Shown piece after piece: positions 39,401-50,673 of a DNA stretch of 64,000 bases. The stretch comes from Haliotis rubra (taxonomy: Eukaryota). A program made the translations under genes and the position numbers. Under the pieces are notes generated by a model. That model did not search any database. It was not told the origin of the DNA and saw only the letters and a list, made by a program, of their open reading frames with translations. The stretch is taken from contig NW_025767313.1 in the NCBI RefSeq assembly GCF_003918875.1, forward strand, positions 372,001 through 436,000, given 5' to 3'. Numbering within the stretch: the first letter of the stretch is position 1; each line of letters opens with the position of its first letter.

Positions 39401-40670
39401 TAGGACTTCTGTCCTGCCCCACAACGAAGCACATGTGATATATGTGGTCTCATCTTTAATGAGGCAAGTGACTTTGTTCAAAATTGCCTCTGTTCACCCT
39501 GCAGAAAATGGGTACCTGGTGGGATAAGTCATGTGACTATTAACCTTCTAGCGCGCCTCACGGGCAGCTATGGTTAACTGGGGTAATAATGTGCTGTGTT
39601 TTGATTGTTAGCGCTATGAGCATTTACCTGGTGAATGGTGTTTAGCGCTTTATATTTCCTGAAATGGCTTCCATTTCTATAAACAATAAACCTATCAATA
39701 TTGATTGTTAACTTCCATTTATACGAAGACACTTTTATAAACTGAGGTTTTACCTTGGCCTAAAAAACTGGGGATTAAGGAACCTAAAATTTCAGGTCCT
39801 TTTAGGAAGTATGAGGATCCTATAGAGTAAAAACATGGTGTTGTACACTGTTCTGTGAGATTTATGATCTCTTTGATTGAATGAACTTTACATATCTTAT
39901 TAAAAATAATGTACAATGAAAGTTATTTTGAGTCACTCAGACTTTTCTGAAGTCTGTTCATCAATAATTTAATACACTGCTCTAGCTACATGACACCATC
40001 TTATTTATTTATCACATGTTATTTTATGAAATACTTTGCCTATTACATCTAGGAGAGTTATAGGACTTTAGTAAGTCAGATTTCTATTGTTGTCTTTCTC
40101 AAAATATATATACAACAATAAACACAATTAACCTAAGTACGCTGCTTTGGATAATTACTGGACAATGTGCACCTTTGCGGTGTATTTTACTAAGAAAAAT
40201 AACTGGAACACCATGGCATCCAGGCGCTTTAGAGAGAACTATTGGGGTTTCGTGTCTGTCGGGTTTAGCTTACTTCTTACCAAGAGTGGTACTCTATTGG
40301 ATAACCTATAAAATGTAAAAATGATAGTTATCGGAATTTATGACAAGGACAAAATCCCTTGATGAACATCAGAAATACACGAGAGCATCCCATGTAAGTA
40401 CAGATATTAGGCACAAATAAACTCGAGGAGATATTAGCCGCTAATCTATCCCTTCTTAGAAGTGTGCAGAATGTTTTGACTTCTTATACGTCGGACACTT
40501 GGACAGCCAGGTACTGCAAAGAAGGTGCAGCCTCCGTCGATACTCACTTTGATATATTCTTCTGATGAAAATATGTCTACTTTGTTAGCTTTCACTCCCT
40601 TCAGTGGGACAGTTAAGAAAAGAGTTGATTCATTTTCATCCCAGCTGAAATCTTTAACAATCAAAGGCAT
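27458..40670 (-). CDS. DNAAF4: Dynein axonemal assembly factor 4 (DYX1C1), ~395 aa; CS/p23 domain, coiled coil, C-terminal TPRs
   Basis: Minus-strand exons: 40670-40548 ([41 protein letters not shown]), 35242-35092 or its duplicate 34282-34132 ([12 protein letters not shown]...), 33057-32924, 32268-32158, 31819-31750, 31512-31382 ([14 protein letters not shown]), 30145-30045 (WLRKQAEAR...[10 protein letters not shown]), 29938-29858, 29092-29020 ([12 protein letters not shown]), 28357-28252 ([14 protein letters not shown]), 27564-27458. Total 1188 nt in frame using one exon-2 copy. Confidence 0.93.
28461..28750. mobile_element. MITE, ~290 bp (possibly PIF/Harbinger-type)
   Basis: TIRs GGGACCGTTCATAATTTATGGC / GCCATTAAATATGAACGGTCCC; a second copy lies at 32533-32823. 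Confidence 0.75.
29093..29857 (-). other. U12-type (minor spliceosome) GT-AG intron in DNAAF4
   Basis: 5' splice site GTATCCTT; branch site TTTCCTTAAC about 10 nt upstream of the terminal AG; no polypyrimidine tract between branch site and AG. Confidence 0.9.
30298..30461 (+). mobile_element. SINE family A
   Basis: Same consensus; TSD CTATGTAGTT. Confidence 0.88.
32533..32823. mobile_element. MITE, same family as 28461-28750
   Basis: AGGGACCGTTCATAATTTATGGC ... GCCATGAATTATGAATGGCCCCT; colinear G-rich interior. Confidence 0.75.
33041..33560. repeat. 38-bp minisatellite (~13-14 copies) made of the DNAAF4 intron 2/exon 3 junction
   Basis: Unit CATCACCTCCTTGTTTCCTGTAACACAACACAGGTTTA; the first copy overlaps exon 3. 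Confidence 0.95.
34132..34282 (-). other. Duplicate copy of DNAAF4 coding exon 2 (identical to 35092-35242)
   Basis: Same 151-nt exon with intact CAG acceptor and GTAAAG donor, 960 nt from the other copy. Confidence 0.9.
34343..34508 (+). mobile_element. SINE family A (in the duplicated block)
   Basis: Diverged family A copy; TSD AG(T/C)GCCTCA. Confidence 0.8.
35303..35469 (+). mobile_element. SINE family A (second copy in the duplicated block)
   Basis: Near-identical to 34343-34508. Confidence 0.8.
35959..36190. repeat. Fold-back inverted repeat, 110-bp arms, 12-nt loop
   Basis: 35959-36068 is the reverse complement of 36081-36190 with 2 mismatches. Confidence 0.92.
36917..38890 (+). mobile_element. 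IS630-Tc1-mariner DNA transposon, Sailor-like (DD83E), in DNAAF4 intron 1
   Basis: TIRs TAATGCCgtAAATGCTTGGAAAATGCTTTTTGGC (36917-36950) and its reverse complement at 38857-38890 (2 mismatches); TA at both ends; internal transposase pseudogene. Confidence 0.85.
37346..38590 (+). pseudogene. DDE transposase pseudogene (six in-frame stops, single reading frame)
   Basis: YLDETW (D at 37844), [28 protein letters not shown] (D at 38120), HCEHNPIE (E at 38372). Confidence 0.88.
39400..39655 (+). mobile_element. CORE-like SINE (old copy); related tail at 35274-35590; boundaries approximate
   Basis: GGCAAGTGACTTT...TTGCCTCTGTTCACCCTGCAGAAAATGGGTACC resembles the CORE domain; tail GTTAGCGCTATGAGCA...AGCGCTTTATA. 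Confidence 0.55.
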
Positions 40671-40683
40671 CCTGAACGATCTT

Positions 40684-40793
40684 GTTGCGGTAACAGAACC
40701 GAGAGTCCTATGTTTATATCGAGAAATGCACAGCAAACGCGATGTGCGTTTTTTGTCCAATCACAGAGGGTGTTACATATCACTGTCCAATCA
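40684..40793 (-). promoter_or_regulatory. DNAAF4 proximal promoter: two CCAAT boxes and an X-box-like palindrome
   Basis: TGTCCAATCA twice (CCAAT at 40757 and 40787, 30 nt apart); GTTGCGGTAAC at 40684-40694. Confidence 0.4.
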
Positions 40794-43101
40794 AAACGTG
40801 ATTCTGTATACTGCGCGGGGCTGTTCTTGGTATCCCATGTAAACAATGTGCTTGGTGAACAAAGGGAAATAATCCAAGTGCAACCCATTAGGAGGCGACG
40901 GGCAATTTTGCGATATAAAGTAAAATAGGGTTACTCGGGGGAAATAACTCCAACAGGAACGAATATATGAATTACTCATACCATGTATTCGATTAAATGT
41001 TAATAGCAAAATACTTATCGATTTTATATATTCTTGATATCACAAACTCGTGTTCTTTTTTTTTTATCTCAATCAATACATTTCTATATGAAAGTATTTT
41101 TACTGTGACATCTAAAATATGTTCATGATATTAAATACGAACTTGTGATACTTGTGAAAATGAAGTATTTTTGGATAGAACAAATGGGATTTAGTGCTTC
41201 CTGAAATTCATTTTATGCTGTATAATTGAATTTATGATATTAATAACTCGTAAAATTTAGATACCAATAAATATTCCTATTTGACAATAACGCATCCTTT
41301 AAATGCTCTAATTATTATTATATTAACAAAATGTCACGAATAGTTTAGGTAAAATGTCTTGAAATAGAATATCAATTGGAAATTTAAAAGAATTCACAAA
41401 GAAATGTATCCTTGTAAAGCGTGATGGACGTGATCGTGATGGTAAAGAGGCGACTGACGTGATCGGGTGCTCAGGCTGGCTGTCCTTTTTTTAGTCTCTC
41501 GTACAGACCCTGAAGCAAATATATCCAAGAAAGCCCACACAAGTCTAGAAAATGTGGCAAGTCTAGATTTCCTCAGCTTCTGAAAATGAAGAAAGTCTCA
41601 GGGCTCCTTTTCATTATATATATATTTTTTTTACTATGAACTTTTTTCAGTAAAATATGTTCATTTCAGAGACTAGTTGTTAGTCTATCCTTTTTTTTAC
41701 ATATGTCTTTGTATCGATGCGCATGCTGTTGATCACTGAATATGAGTGGCAAAGACCGCCGCCAAGAGGCTGGGATATTGCTGAGTGCAGTTTTTTTAAT
41801 TTTAATATCACGTTGTGAACTACTGATGTAGCAGATTCATGTTGTTTATGTTGTAATTTATCAATAAATCTAAAATAATTTAATAGCCTACAAAAATCGA
41901 TTTTATTTTGTCAATTACCGCTAAAACGTCACTTGTCAAGTGAGTGAAGTCTATCCAGTCTGGACAAGTCTAGACTGCCTGAAATAAGGCATTGTTCTGG
42001 GCTCCTCTTGGATTTGATGTATTTTTAGACATATATTTTGAAATCATGTGATTTTATTGACCAAATGTCAGTCTAGTTAACACACATACACACGCACGCA
42101 CAACTCTAGTGTACATATAGCTAACTCCACGTAGAATGTATATAGCTTAAACATGTTTAATGAAACCGTAATATTGTTTTATTATGATTTTCCCTTTTGC
42201 TTCTAAGTTGTTTTCTTGGTGATAAACAAACCATTTGACCCTTTTATATTCGTTATGTAAAGTCTGTCTACCGGCCATTGTTCAAATCTCTTTCTTTCCA
42301 CTACTGAAGAGACCTCAGGCCTATAGTTCAAAGTCAGCTTGCAATAATGGCATACAACCACAATGTTTGCAGACGTTGTTTTCTATGCACAAAAGCATGG
42401 TGGATACATGCCGTTTGAGATTGACATCCAATGATCGAGGGAAAAATAACTTGTGAAACGCCTTTGAGTGATCTAGATGTAGTTCAAACAGGGCGCTATA
42501 GAAATGTGGCACATAACATACCAGGTTTGCGAATATGAGTTGTATTATTAGAGTTCATTAACAACTTACATTTACACGTACATGTAGTAGGATATGTATG
42601 GTAACACTGCAGTAGATATTTTGTCCTTAAATCAGTGTAGTAAGGTCATGCCAGCAAAGAGTGGAACTCATCTTCAATTACAATTAATGTATACTATGTA
42701 CACAATCTGTTTTCTCTTGGAATAGTATAATATCTGTCCTTCTCGATCATAAAATCATGTAAGGAACATCTTAAATCTGGACATGAAACTAAGAATTTTC
42801 AGAGTTTAAGTTGAGCATGTCAGATCATTTAGCATAGAGTACAATTAAGGCTCTCTGATTTGAAGCGCAACCACGAGGATCACCATTCATTTATATAAAA
42901 AACAATATCAGTATGTATTGACCCTGTACTGGATGAAATTATACATAGGATGAATATTATTTCTTATGACACTTCGCATGCAATTCGAGTAAATATTTGC
43001 ATCATATTTTGTGTCAAATCTCTTATCCAATAAAATAAGGCCTTGTTTATAATATGACCAATAGATTTCCAGGGACATTGACCTCGGGCCTTGTCTCTCT
43101 T

Positions 43102-43110
43102 ACCGGAAGT
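43102..43110 (+). promoter_or_regulatory. ETS/GABP motif upstream of STOML2
   Basis: ACCGGAAGT about 70 nt before the ATG; a common motif in housekeeping and nuclear-encoded mitochondrial gene promoters. Confidence 0.45.
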
Positions 43111-43175
43111 AATATTATCACGTTGCTTTCACCGGCTCAGAACACAAGGGAGCAGTGTAAACGAAGTTCGCAACA

Positions 43176-46100
43176 ATGATTCGAAGTGTTGCAAGTCCCA
43201 GAACATCGAGATTGCTACAGGTACATTATGATTCCTATATACAAAAAGATATATTGTGTTTTCTCATGTTTTTGTAAGACGTGTTCCTCGAAAAAATATT
43301 TCTTGGCCTCAGTTCACGTTTCCTGGTGCATGTTGTATATTCACTCATAAAATATATACATCCCTGCCAAACCTCGATTTTTAATAGTATTTATAATCCG
43401 AGCTGCCTTGTGTGTGAACCAGTTGCCTCACCATCCTGACTGAGTTTGTGTGTCGTCGTACCCTGATAGATGGTCAATGTGAAGGTCGTTTGTGAGTTTA
43501 GTAGGGGCCGTTTAGTATCTGAGAGCTGGTCTTGCGTTAGAACGTCGCTGCTATTTGCTTTTCATCTATTTTAGGTCATCGGACAGACGGTCACATGTGC
43601 TTATTATGGCATGTTGTGTCAATCGTCTGCTCTCAGTTAACTTCATATTTTCATCATCCACTCTGTCATCCCTTCTTGCTCGGCTTTACTAAATCCCTGA
43701 GGTCCCTTCACCTAGGACTAGCTATCTTAGGGTAGGCAACCATCAGCTCTATCCTCAGTCCATATATCTCATCTTCCCCCCGAGATGTTTTGGGGGGAAT
43801 GTCAAGGTTATTTTTTATTCCTGCAAAAAGACAGACACTCACTCACCTACTTTTGCTCTTGTTCATGTTGTATATTGTTGGTTTCAGCAAGTTATACGCC
43901 ACACTCGTCAACAAGCACGTTTCCGGTCTAGTCTGCCATGGAATACAGTTGTGTTGTTTGTACCACAACAAGAAGCATGGATTATTGAAAGATTTGGGAA
44001 ATATCAACGAAACCTACAACCGGTAGACCATTTAATCTATTTTGAAAATTGTTACCTTAGCATGATTAATCACGCTGAGATCATGAACAACGTGGGCATT
44101 GATGTTCCAGTAACATAATGTTATCCTCGAAGCTCATGAATTTGATAACGCAAGTATTTTTTGTCTATATATATTGGCATTGTCAGCACAGAAATGGATG
44201 TATCATCATGTCATGCACGATTCACTAGGAAATGCAGGACATTGGATTACTGTTATCTTTTTTAAAAATATCTATGTTTTCTCCAAACTTTACCAAACTG
44301 ACAATGTTGCAGAAATCTTGAAAATCATATTTTATTGTGCAGTGTGTGAAGCCCATTTCTGGTGTCCTCTGACATGATATTGCTGAAATATTGCTAAAAG
44401 CAGCTTAAAATTAGAACTAAACTTACTCACTCAGTACTGTTGTGGGTTTAACATGTGCAAGTCAAGTAATTAAAAAAGCAGACAAATAGGCAAATATCTG
44501 TGTATTTTGTGTTAGCTGTGAATATCATTTGTGAATTTTTATACCAGACATTAAACAACACAAGTGATGCATACATAGACCTAACTATATTTTGCAACTT
44601 TTCTTGTTTCAGGGTTTAAACTTCATTTTACCTGTTGTGGATTCAATAAAGTATGTGCAGAGCCTGAAGGAAATAGCTATTGATGTTCCTCATCAAGCTG
44701 CCATAACACTAGGTAATGGCTTTGTGATGGCGGTGTATGTCAGTCACAATGTACATCACACTACACACATGGTTAAGTAAAGTTGGTGATACAAGGAAAA
44801 ATGATGAAAAGTATATGATTCAGCGTAATGATTTGTTTGCATCTTCATGTTATGAAGGTGTTGGTTGCCATGTTGATTTGGCCTTTGTGCATTTTCTTAA
44901 ATTTTACTGCAAGTATTGACTGTACCGGTAAGTGGTTGCTGGCATACTTGTTTAATTTTGGGTAGGAAGCATCTGTGGTGTTTTACCCTGTTTACCATTG
45001 TTTGTTGGCATCAATAGTATCCTTCATCATTTCAGACAATGTTACACTTACAATGGATGCTGTCTTGTATCTGAGAGTCACAGATCCATATAAGGTAAGT
45101 CCTTTGATAACCATTCCTTAAGTCAAGAATTAGGCAAATATGAAATGGAATATCAGTAATAACAATGTCCCATTTATGATGTTTATCTTAAGACTGAGTC
45201 ACTTGACACCATTGTGTATTCATGACACTGATAAAACATTCAAAGTGGATTTATAAAGAACAAGGGAAATAACTGTTGATTTCTAAAGTGGTCTTTGACA
45301 CAGATCTGTTGGCCATGTGTCTAAGAGACCTCTTACAAACAGGTCATATATCATGTATTAATAGATGAGATGTGTTCGTGGCATTTTTGAGTCAAGACCT
45401 GCTGAACGTAAGTTCTTGGAACAAATTCCAGATTCTTCCTCATCATTTTTGTTTTGTCAGCACCTAAGTTTATCATTTTTACGTGTGTCTATAAAGACTA
45501 TCAATCATTCCCTTTATGCCACATGGAGCTGCCCTGTTGTGGTAGAACTGATGAGTCAGTGTGTTATGTCTGGCAGTGATGTAATGCATGTGGTTACTGT
45601 GTCACTTCCAGGCCAGCTATGGAGTAGAAGACCCTGAGTATGCCATTACGCAGCTAGCACAGACCACCATGAGATCCGAGATAGGCAAGATTGCTCTGGA
45701 CACAGTGTTTAGGGAGAGAGAATCACTCAATGTGCTCATTGTTGGTACGTCAATCAGGACTGTAAATTTCTTTTCATTTTCATCAGAGTGATATAGGTTT
45801 TCCTGCAGACATCCAGGAATACAACTGAGTCATAGCTTTGGGTTGTTACAGTGCTTCTTGTAAAAGACAGTATACTCAAGTGAGATTTGAGTAAACGTTT
45901 GAAGCAGTCTCCTTAAAACACACCTAAGACACTTTATTTTGAAAATGTTAAATTCAGCACGATCATTTTTTTTTTCCAAAAGATGCAAAAAGAAGTTTTC
46001 ACTCTTACAGCACATCACAACATTCATGATTCAGCTGTAGAGTTGTCACCTCTACAATGTCTGTTTGATCTACAAATGATCTTGAACATGTTCACAGACT

Positions 46101-48619
46101 ATACTTTAGAAACGGCTACTTTTAACTTTTAGTCAACATATTAGTATCATTGGCCATATTGGTTGTCATACCATTTCAGTTGCACATTCATCATCACCCA
46201 CAACACCTTGAAGCAGATGGACATGAGGCACCGGGGAATGTAGGATGCTTTCCAACAAACATGGCCGTGTCCTGATTTTAACGTTTGAAAATTGGTTAGA
46301 CATGTTTCAGAAAATTGGATAGGGAACTTTGTGTCTTAACCAGGTTAACATTTGGGTTAATCAGATCAATGCTATGCTGTGTTGAATTGGTGATGTGCAG
46401 TTTTTCTTATTCATGATGCGTTGTTATTGTAGATGCACTTAACAAGGCATCCGAGGCTTGGGGCATCACATGTATGCGGTATGAAATCAGTAAGTCAGTA
46501 GTTGTACTCTACAGTTGTCCGTGTTATCTCCACATTATGGTAGAAAAAAATTATGGTATTTGCTCTTCCACAATTTTGATAATAGTAATGGACAGATAAT
46601 CATGATTTGAACTATAAATGCTTCAGTTCTTATTCTGTAAAACGAAAATCATTGTCATTATGCATCACTGATATGATGACAGGAACATTTTGCATCACTG
46701 ATGTGATGACCGGAACATTATGCATCACTGATATGATGACAGGAACATTATGCATCACTGATGTGATGACAGGAACATTATGCATCACTGATGTGATGAC
46801 AGGAACATTATGCATCACTGAAGTGATGGCAGGAACATTATGCATCACTGATGTGATGACAGGAACATTATGCCTCACTGATGTGATGACAGGAACATTA
46901 TGCATCACTGATGTGATGACAGGAACATTTTGCATGTTTGATTGCTTGTTTAGTATTTTCATATGTATCGCCTCTACCTTTATTGTCATCATGGTTGTGT
47001 GTTTTGTGCAGGAGACATCAAGCTACCATCCCGAGTTCAGGAAGCTATGCAAATGCAGGTTGAAGCTGAGAGAAAGAAAAGGGCAGCCATATTGGAATCT
47101 GAAGGTAGGGTTAGTTGGTTTCTTTTCCCAGGTCCTGTCATGATCCTGATGTGTTCCCCAGGTCCTTTTCTGGATCTTGTTAACATGTGTTTCCCAGGCT
47201 CTGTATGTGAAACCCGTGAAGATCCGGGTTAGAAATGGTCTTCAGCAACCCATGATTGTCTTCAGAGGCGACTAGCACGATTGGGAGCACACGTCATTGT
47301 ATCTCTGTTGCATAGATCGATGTTCATGCTTCCCTAGGTCCTGTATGTGATGTTGTTTGTCATGGTGTGGTTTCTGACATGAGATGTATATTGCAGGTAT
47401 TCGGGAAGCAGAGATCAATGTGGCTGAGGGCAAGAAGCAGTCTCGGATCCTCAACTCTGAAGCTAACAAGACTGAGCAGATCAACCAGGCTACAGGTAAG
47501 ACAATAACACATTAACAGGTAACATTCAGCAAGTGGTGGTTACATGGGACTGACATTCAACATGTAAAGGTTCTACAAGTAGTGGTGTATGGGTAATCAG
47601 CATTCAACATGTAGAGTTGTACAGGTGACTGACAGTCAACATGTAGTGTGTACTGGCAATTAACACACCAGGTAGAGGTGGTCAGTAACATGTACAGGTG
47701 GATAGGTGAGTGTCATTAAGTGTAGAGGTGTCTGTGTGACTGACAGGTAACATGTGTAGGTGTCCAGGTGACTGACAATATCTGTCTACTCACAGGTGAG
47801 GCTGAAGCCCTAATAGCCAAGGCTGGTGCTAAAGCCCGCTCAGTCAAGATTGTGGCAGGTGCTCTCTCTCAGAAGGTAGGTGGAATGTTTAAGGGTTAAC
47901 TACCGTGATGTGGAACAGTGAAATATGTCTTGTCATGGCATCGAGTGAAATCAGTGGGGAATTTACAGAAGCTGCATTGAACTTTCAAAATGTATGAAAC
48001 TTACTTATGGAACTCTAAACTGTAATGGGCAGTTTTGTCAATCCAAAATGCTGATAACTGACGTTCTGTGTTCTTCTTGCAGCAAGGTATTAATGCAGTA
48101 TCCTACAACATAGCCGAGCAGTATGTGGCCGCCTTCAGTAACCTGGCCAAGCGGGGCAACACACTGATCCTGCCTTCTAACAGTGGGGATGTCAGCAATG
48201 TTGTAGCACAGGTAAGATGGAGAACACTACTAGCTTAACACAGTTACATGCAGCATGGTATAAAATCTCAACAACATTTTATTCACATGTCTGCTTTTAA
48301 ACATCTCAACTTACAGCGACAATGATATTCAAGGGAAGTAACTCTTTCTGTGTAATGCTGGTCCTATGTTGAAATGATCTTTGCCGTTTCTTACATGTCT
48401 AATACCTGGACACTTATGTTTCAGGCAATGGCCGTGTACAAGAACCTGGCTGTCCATGACCCTCACACAGTAGAAGAGGAGACGGAGGAGCAGGGCAAGG
48501 CATCGGATGACTCCTTCAGTCAGGAGGACATATTCACATTTGATGATTCACAGTCTGGCCAGACAAACAAAACACTGGGCGATATAGAGAAGCTTCAGAA
48601 GCCCAAGGGAGATTCGTGA
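43176..48619 (+). CDS. STOML2: Stomatin-like protein 2, mitochondrial (SPFH/band 7), ~374 aa
   Basis: Exons 43176-43220, 43888-44022 (NTVVLFVPQQEAWIIERFG), 44613-44712 (YVQSLKEIAIDVP), 45036-45094, 45612-45744 (ASYGVEDPEYAITQLAQTTMRSEIGK), 46433-46489, 47012-47104 (AMQMQVEAERKKRAAILESEG), 47397-47495, 47796-47875, 48083-48211, 48425-48619; 1125 nt in frame. The Arg/Ser-rich N-terminus resembles a mitochondrial presequence. Confidence 0.95.
44341..44433 (+). mobile_element. SINE family A, 3' fragment
   Basis: GTGTGAAGCCCATTTCTGGTGTCC...ACTCACTCA. Confidence 0.75.
46657..46935. repeat. 30-bp minisatellite, ~9 copies, STOML2 intron 6
   Basis: Unit AGGAACATTATGCATCACTGATGTGATGAC. Confidence 0.93.
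47211..47330 (+). mobile_element. SINE-like family B, 5' part (STOML2 intron 7)
   Basis: AACCCGTGAAGATCCGGGTTAGAAATGGTCTTCAGCAACCCATG. Confidence 0.75.
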
Positions 48620-48847
48620 TGATTTGTGTGGTAGTAGAAACAGTGGTAGTTTCCCCCTTGGACAATCTACATTCTTGAAATAATGACAATTGTTCCTATT
48701 GAAACTGGTGACCAGAGACCGGGACCCAGGAACAAACGGGGCATACAGACTCACATTATAGTGCGAACAGATCAACTCCATATTTTAAGTTGGCTGCGTG
48801 ACACAGAAACTATGTACAATATGTGTATATTACTTGAGTGTATGTTG

Positions 48848-48853
48848 AATAAA
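48848..48853 (+). terminator. Candidate STOML2 polyadenylation signal
   Basis: AATAAA about 230 nt after the stop, followed by a GT/T-rich stretch. Confidence 0.5.
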
Positions 48854-49866
48854 ACCATGTACAGTGTGTTTTAACTTTGAGAGATCCGACATTCTAGATG
48901 ACAAGGCGTGAACATCCAGACACATCAAGTAACAGAATTATCCTTACATGGCAATATGATTGTAGACACAAGAAATTAAGAACACAACATATGTACAACG
49001 ACAAATGTACAACGACAAATGTACAATTTTGATGGGCAATGGTCATTGACATTTTTGGCAAATTATGTACCTTATTTGGCACACAGCAGTCAGCACTGTT
49101 TGGGTTGTCCGCTTGATGTGCCACTCTTTCTTCAAGCATTTTTATTCACAGCTCGGACAACATGTTTTACATTTGTTAATCTGACTAAAAGACTTTTTAA
49201 TGTAACCAGGAACGTGAGGCAGAGACGCCTTGTATTTACTCATGTCGAGTAAGGTCAAGAGGTCTTATTCATCGCTGAAGTACAATTCGACTAAAACGTG
49301 AATACATAATAGGTTTAAGAATTTTTTTATATTGCAATGTACTTTTTGCTAGAAATGGTACAAGACCTTGCCAACTTCAATGTACAGGTACAATATTCTT
49401 CAATAAATTCAAAGTTGAGACCGAATTAGACAAACGCTTAGTCTCTGAGTATATATTAAATATACCATGTAAACCCATTTAAATTGAAAAGGAGCCCCAG
49501 TGAGATGGAAGATTCAGAGACTAATAACATCTGCATTGGGGCTACACATGCTCGGTTATTATTAATTAGAAACCACATCATACAACCATCAGATAACCGT
49601 TTAAGTGACAGGCATATTTATTGGCACTCGTTTTAGGCCCTGTCCCATCTTGGAGTCTGACCAGAGTGCAGCAGTCATCACCTCATGTGGCCCAGTCAAG
49701 CCGCCCCCCTCCCCCTATTGTCTAAACAGTATTATCTTACAGTTTGGAAACTTGCAACCTACAATGTTACTTGAAGGCTACAGGTGCAAGATCTATTTGG
49801 AACATCAACAAAATCATCTAAGAACCTAAAATCTAGACTTGCTTCATTTAGGGCTTTAGGATTGCA

Positions 49867-50040
49867 GGGGGGGCGGTGGGGTAGCCTAGTGGTTAAAGTG
49901 TTGGCTCGCCATGCCGAAGATCCCGGTTCGAATCCCCACATGGGTACATTGTGTGAAGCCCATTTCTGGTGTCCCCCGCCGTGATGTTGCTTGAATATTG
50001 CTAAAAGCGGCGTAAAACCAAACTCAGTCAGTCAGTCAGT
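49867..50040 (+). mobile_element. tRNA-derived SINE, family A (full copy)
   Basis: A-box TAGCCTAGTGG, B-box GGTTCGAATCC, body ...GAAGCCCATTTCTGGTGTCCCCCGCCG..., (TCAG/TCAC)n tail; TSD TAGGATTGCAGGG. Confidence 0.88.
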
Positions 50041-50673
50041 AGGATTGCAGGGAGGGCTAGGTTATTGGGAAAATATTGTGGTTCAGGTACTGAAACAAAC
50101 TAGGACCAAATCCAAGGTTCAAAATGGTGCTGTCACCATTACACCTATTATAGATATATCATGGTGACCTTGAATACAGCAAGTATCTATCAGGCAGGGA
50201 TCTACCATTAATACAGATTGCACATTGTTAAGCATGGGCAATGAAGACCTACTCTGTTCAAAATGTCTGGAGGAGGCCATATTGATTATTTTTCCTTATC
50301 CTGACTCATGCTTATTGCTTGTCTCCTTCCTCTTGCGAACGTTTGTGGAACACTTGTATCTTCTATTGAAGCTCCCTTCAATAAAAACAGACGTAAAATC
50401 CCTACTAACCATGAGTTATCTGTCTGGCCGTTTTGGCGGGAAAAGTGGCGCCACCGCTCCCACATGCTTCACTCTCTCCTTCGCCCTAGTGGACGGTTGG
50501 GAGAGCGTCTGTGTCTTCTATACGGCACTATATCCTTTTATAATTAGTTATTACCCTATACATTACCTTTATAGGGGTTTAGGGAGTATCCTTCAACAAT
50601 ATGGTTTGAAATTTATTCGTATTTTTCACTGTTTATTCACGGTTTTGTCTGTTTGTTCAGTTGTTTACATTTC

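Noticed and set aside
46607-47143. 178-aa ORF with TGTLCITDVM repeats
   Set aside because: A 30-bp intronic minisatellite, out of frame with STOML2 exon 7.
49867-49940. tRNA gene (A and B boxes)
   Set aside because: It is the head of a multi-copy SINE with a common body, tail and TSDs; I could not fold a complete cloverleaf.
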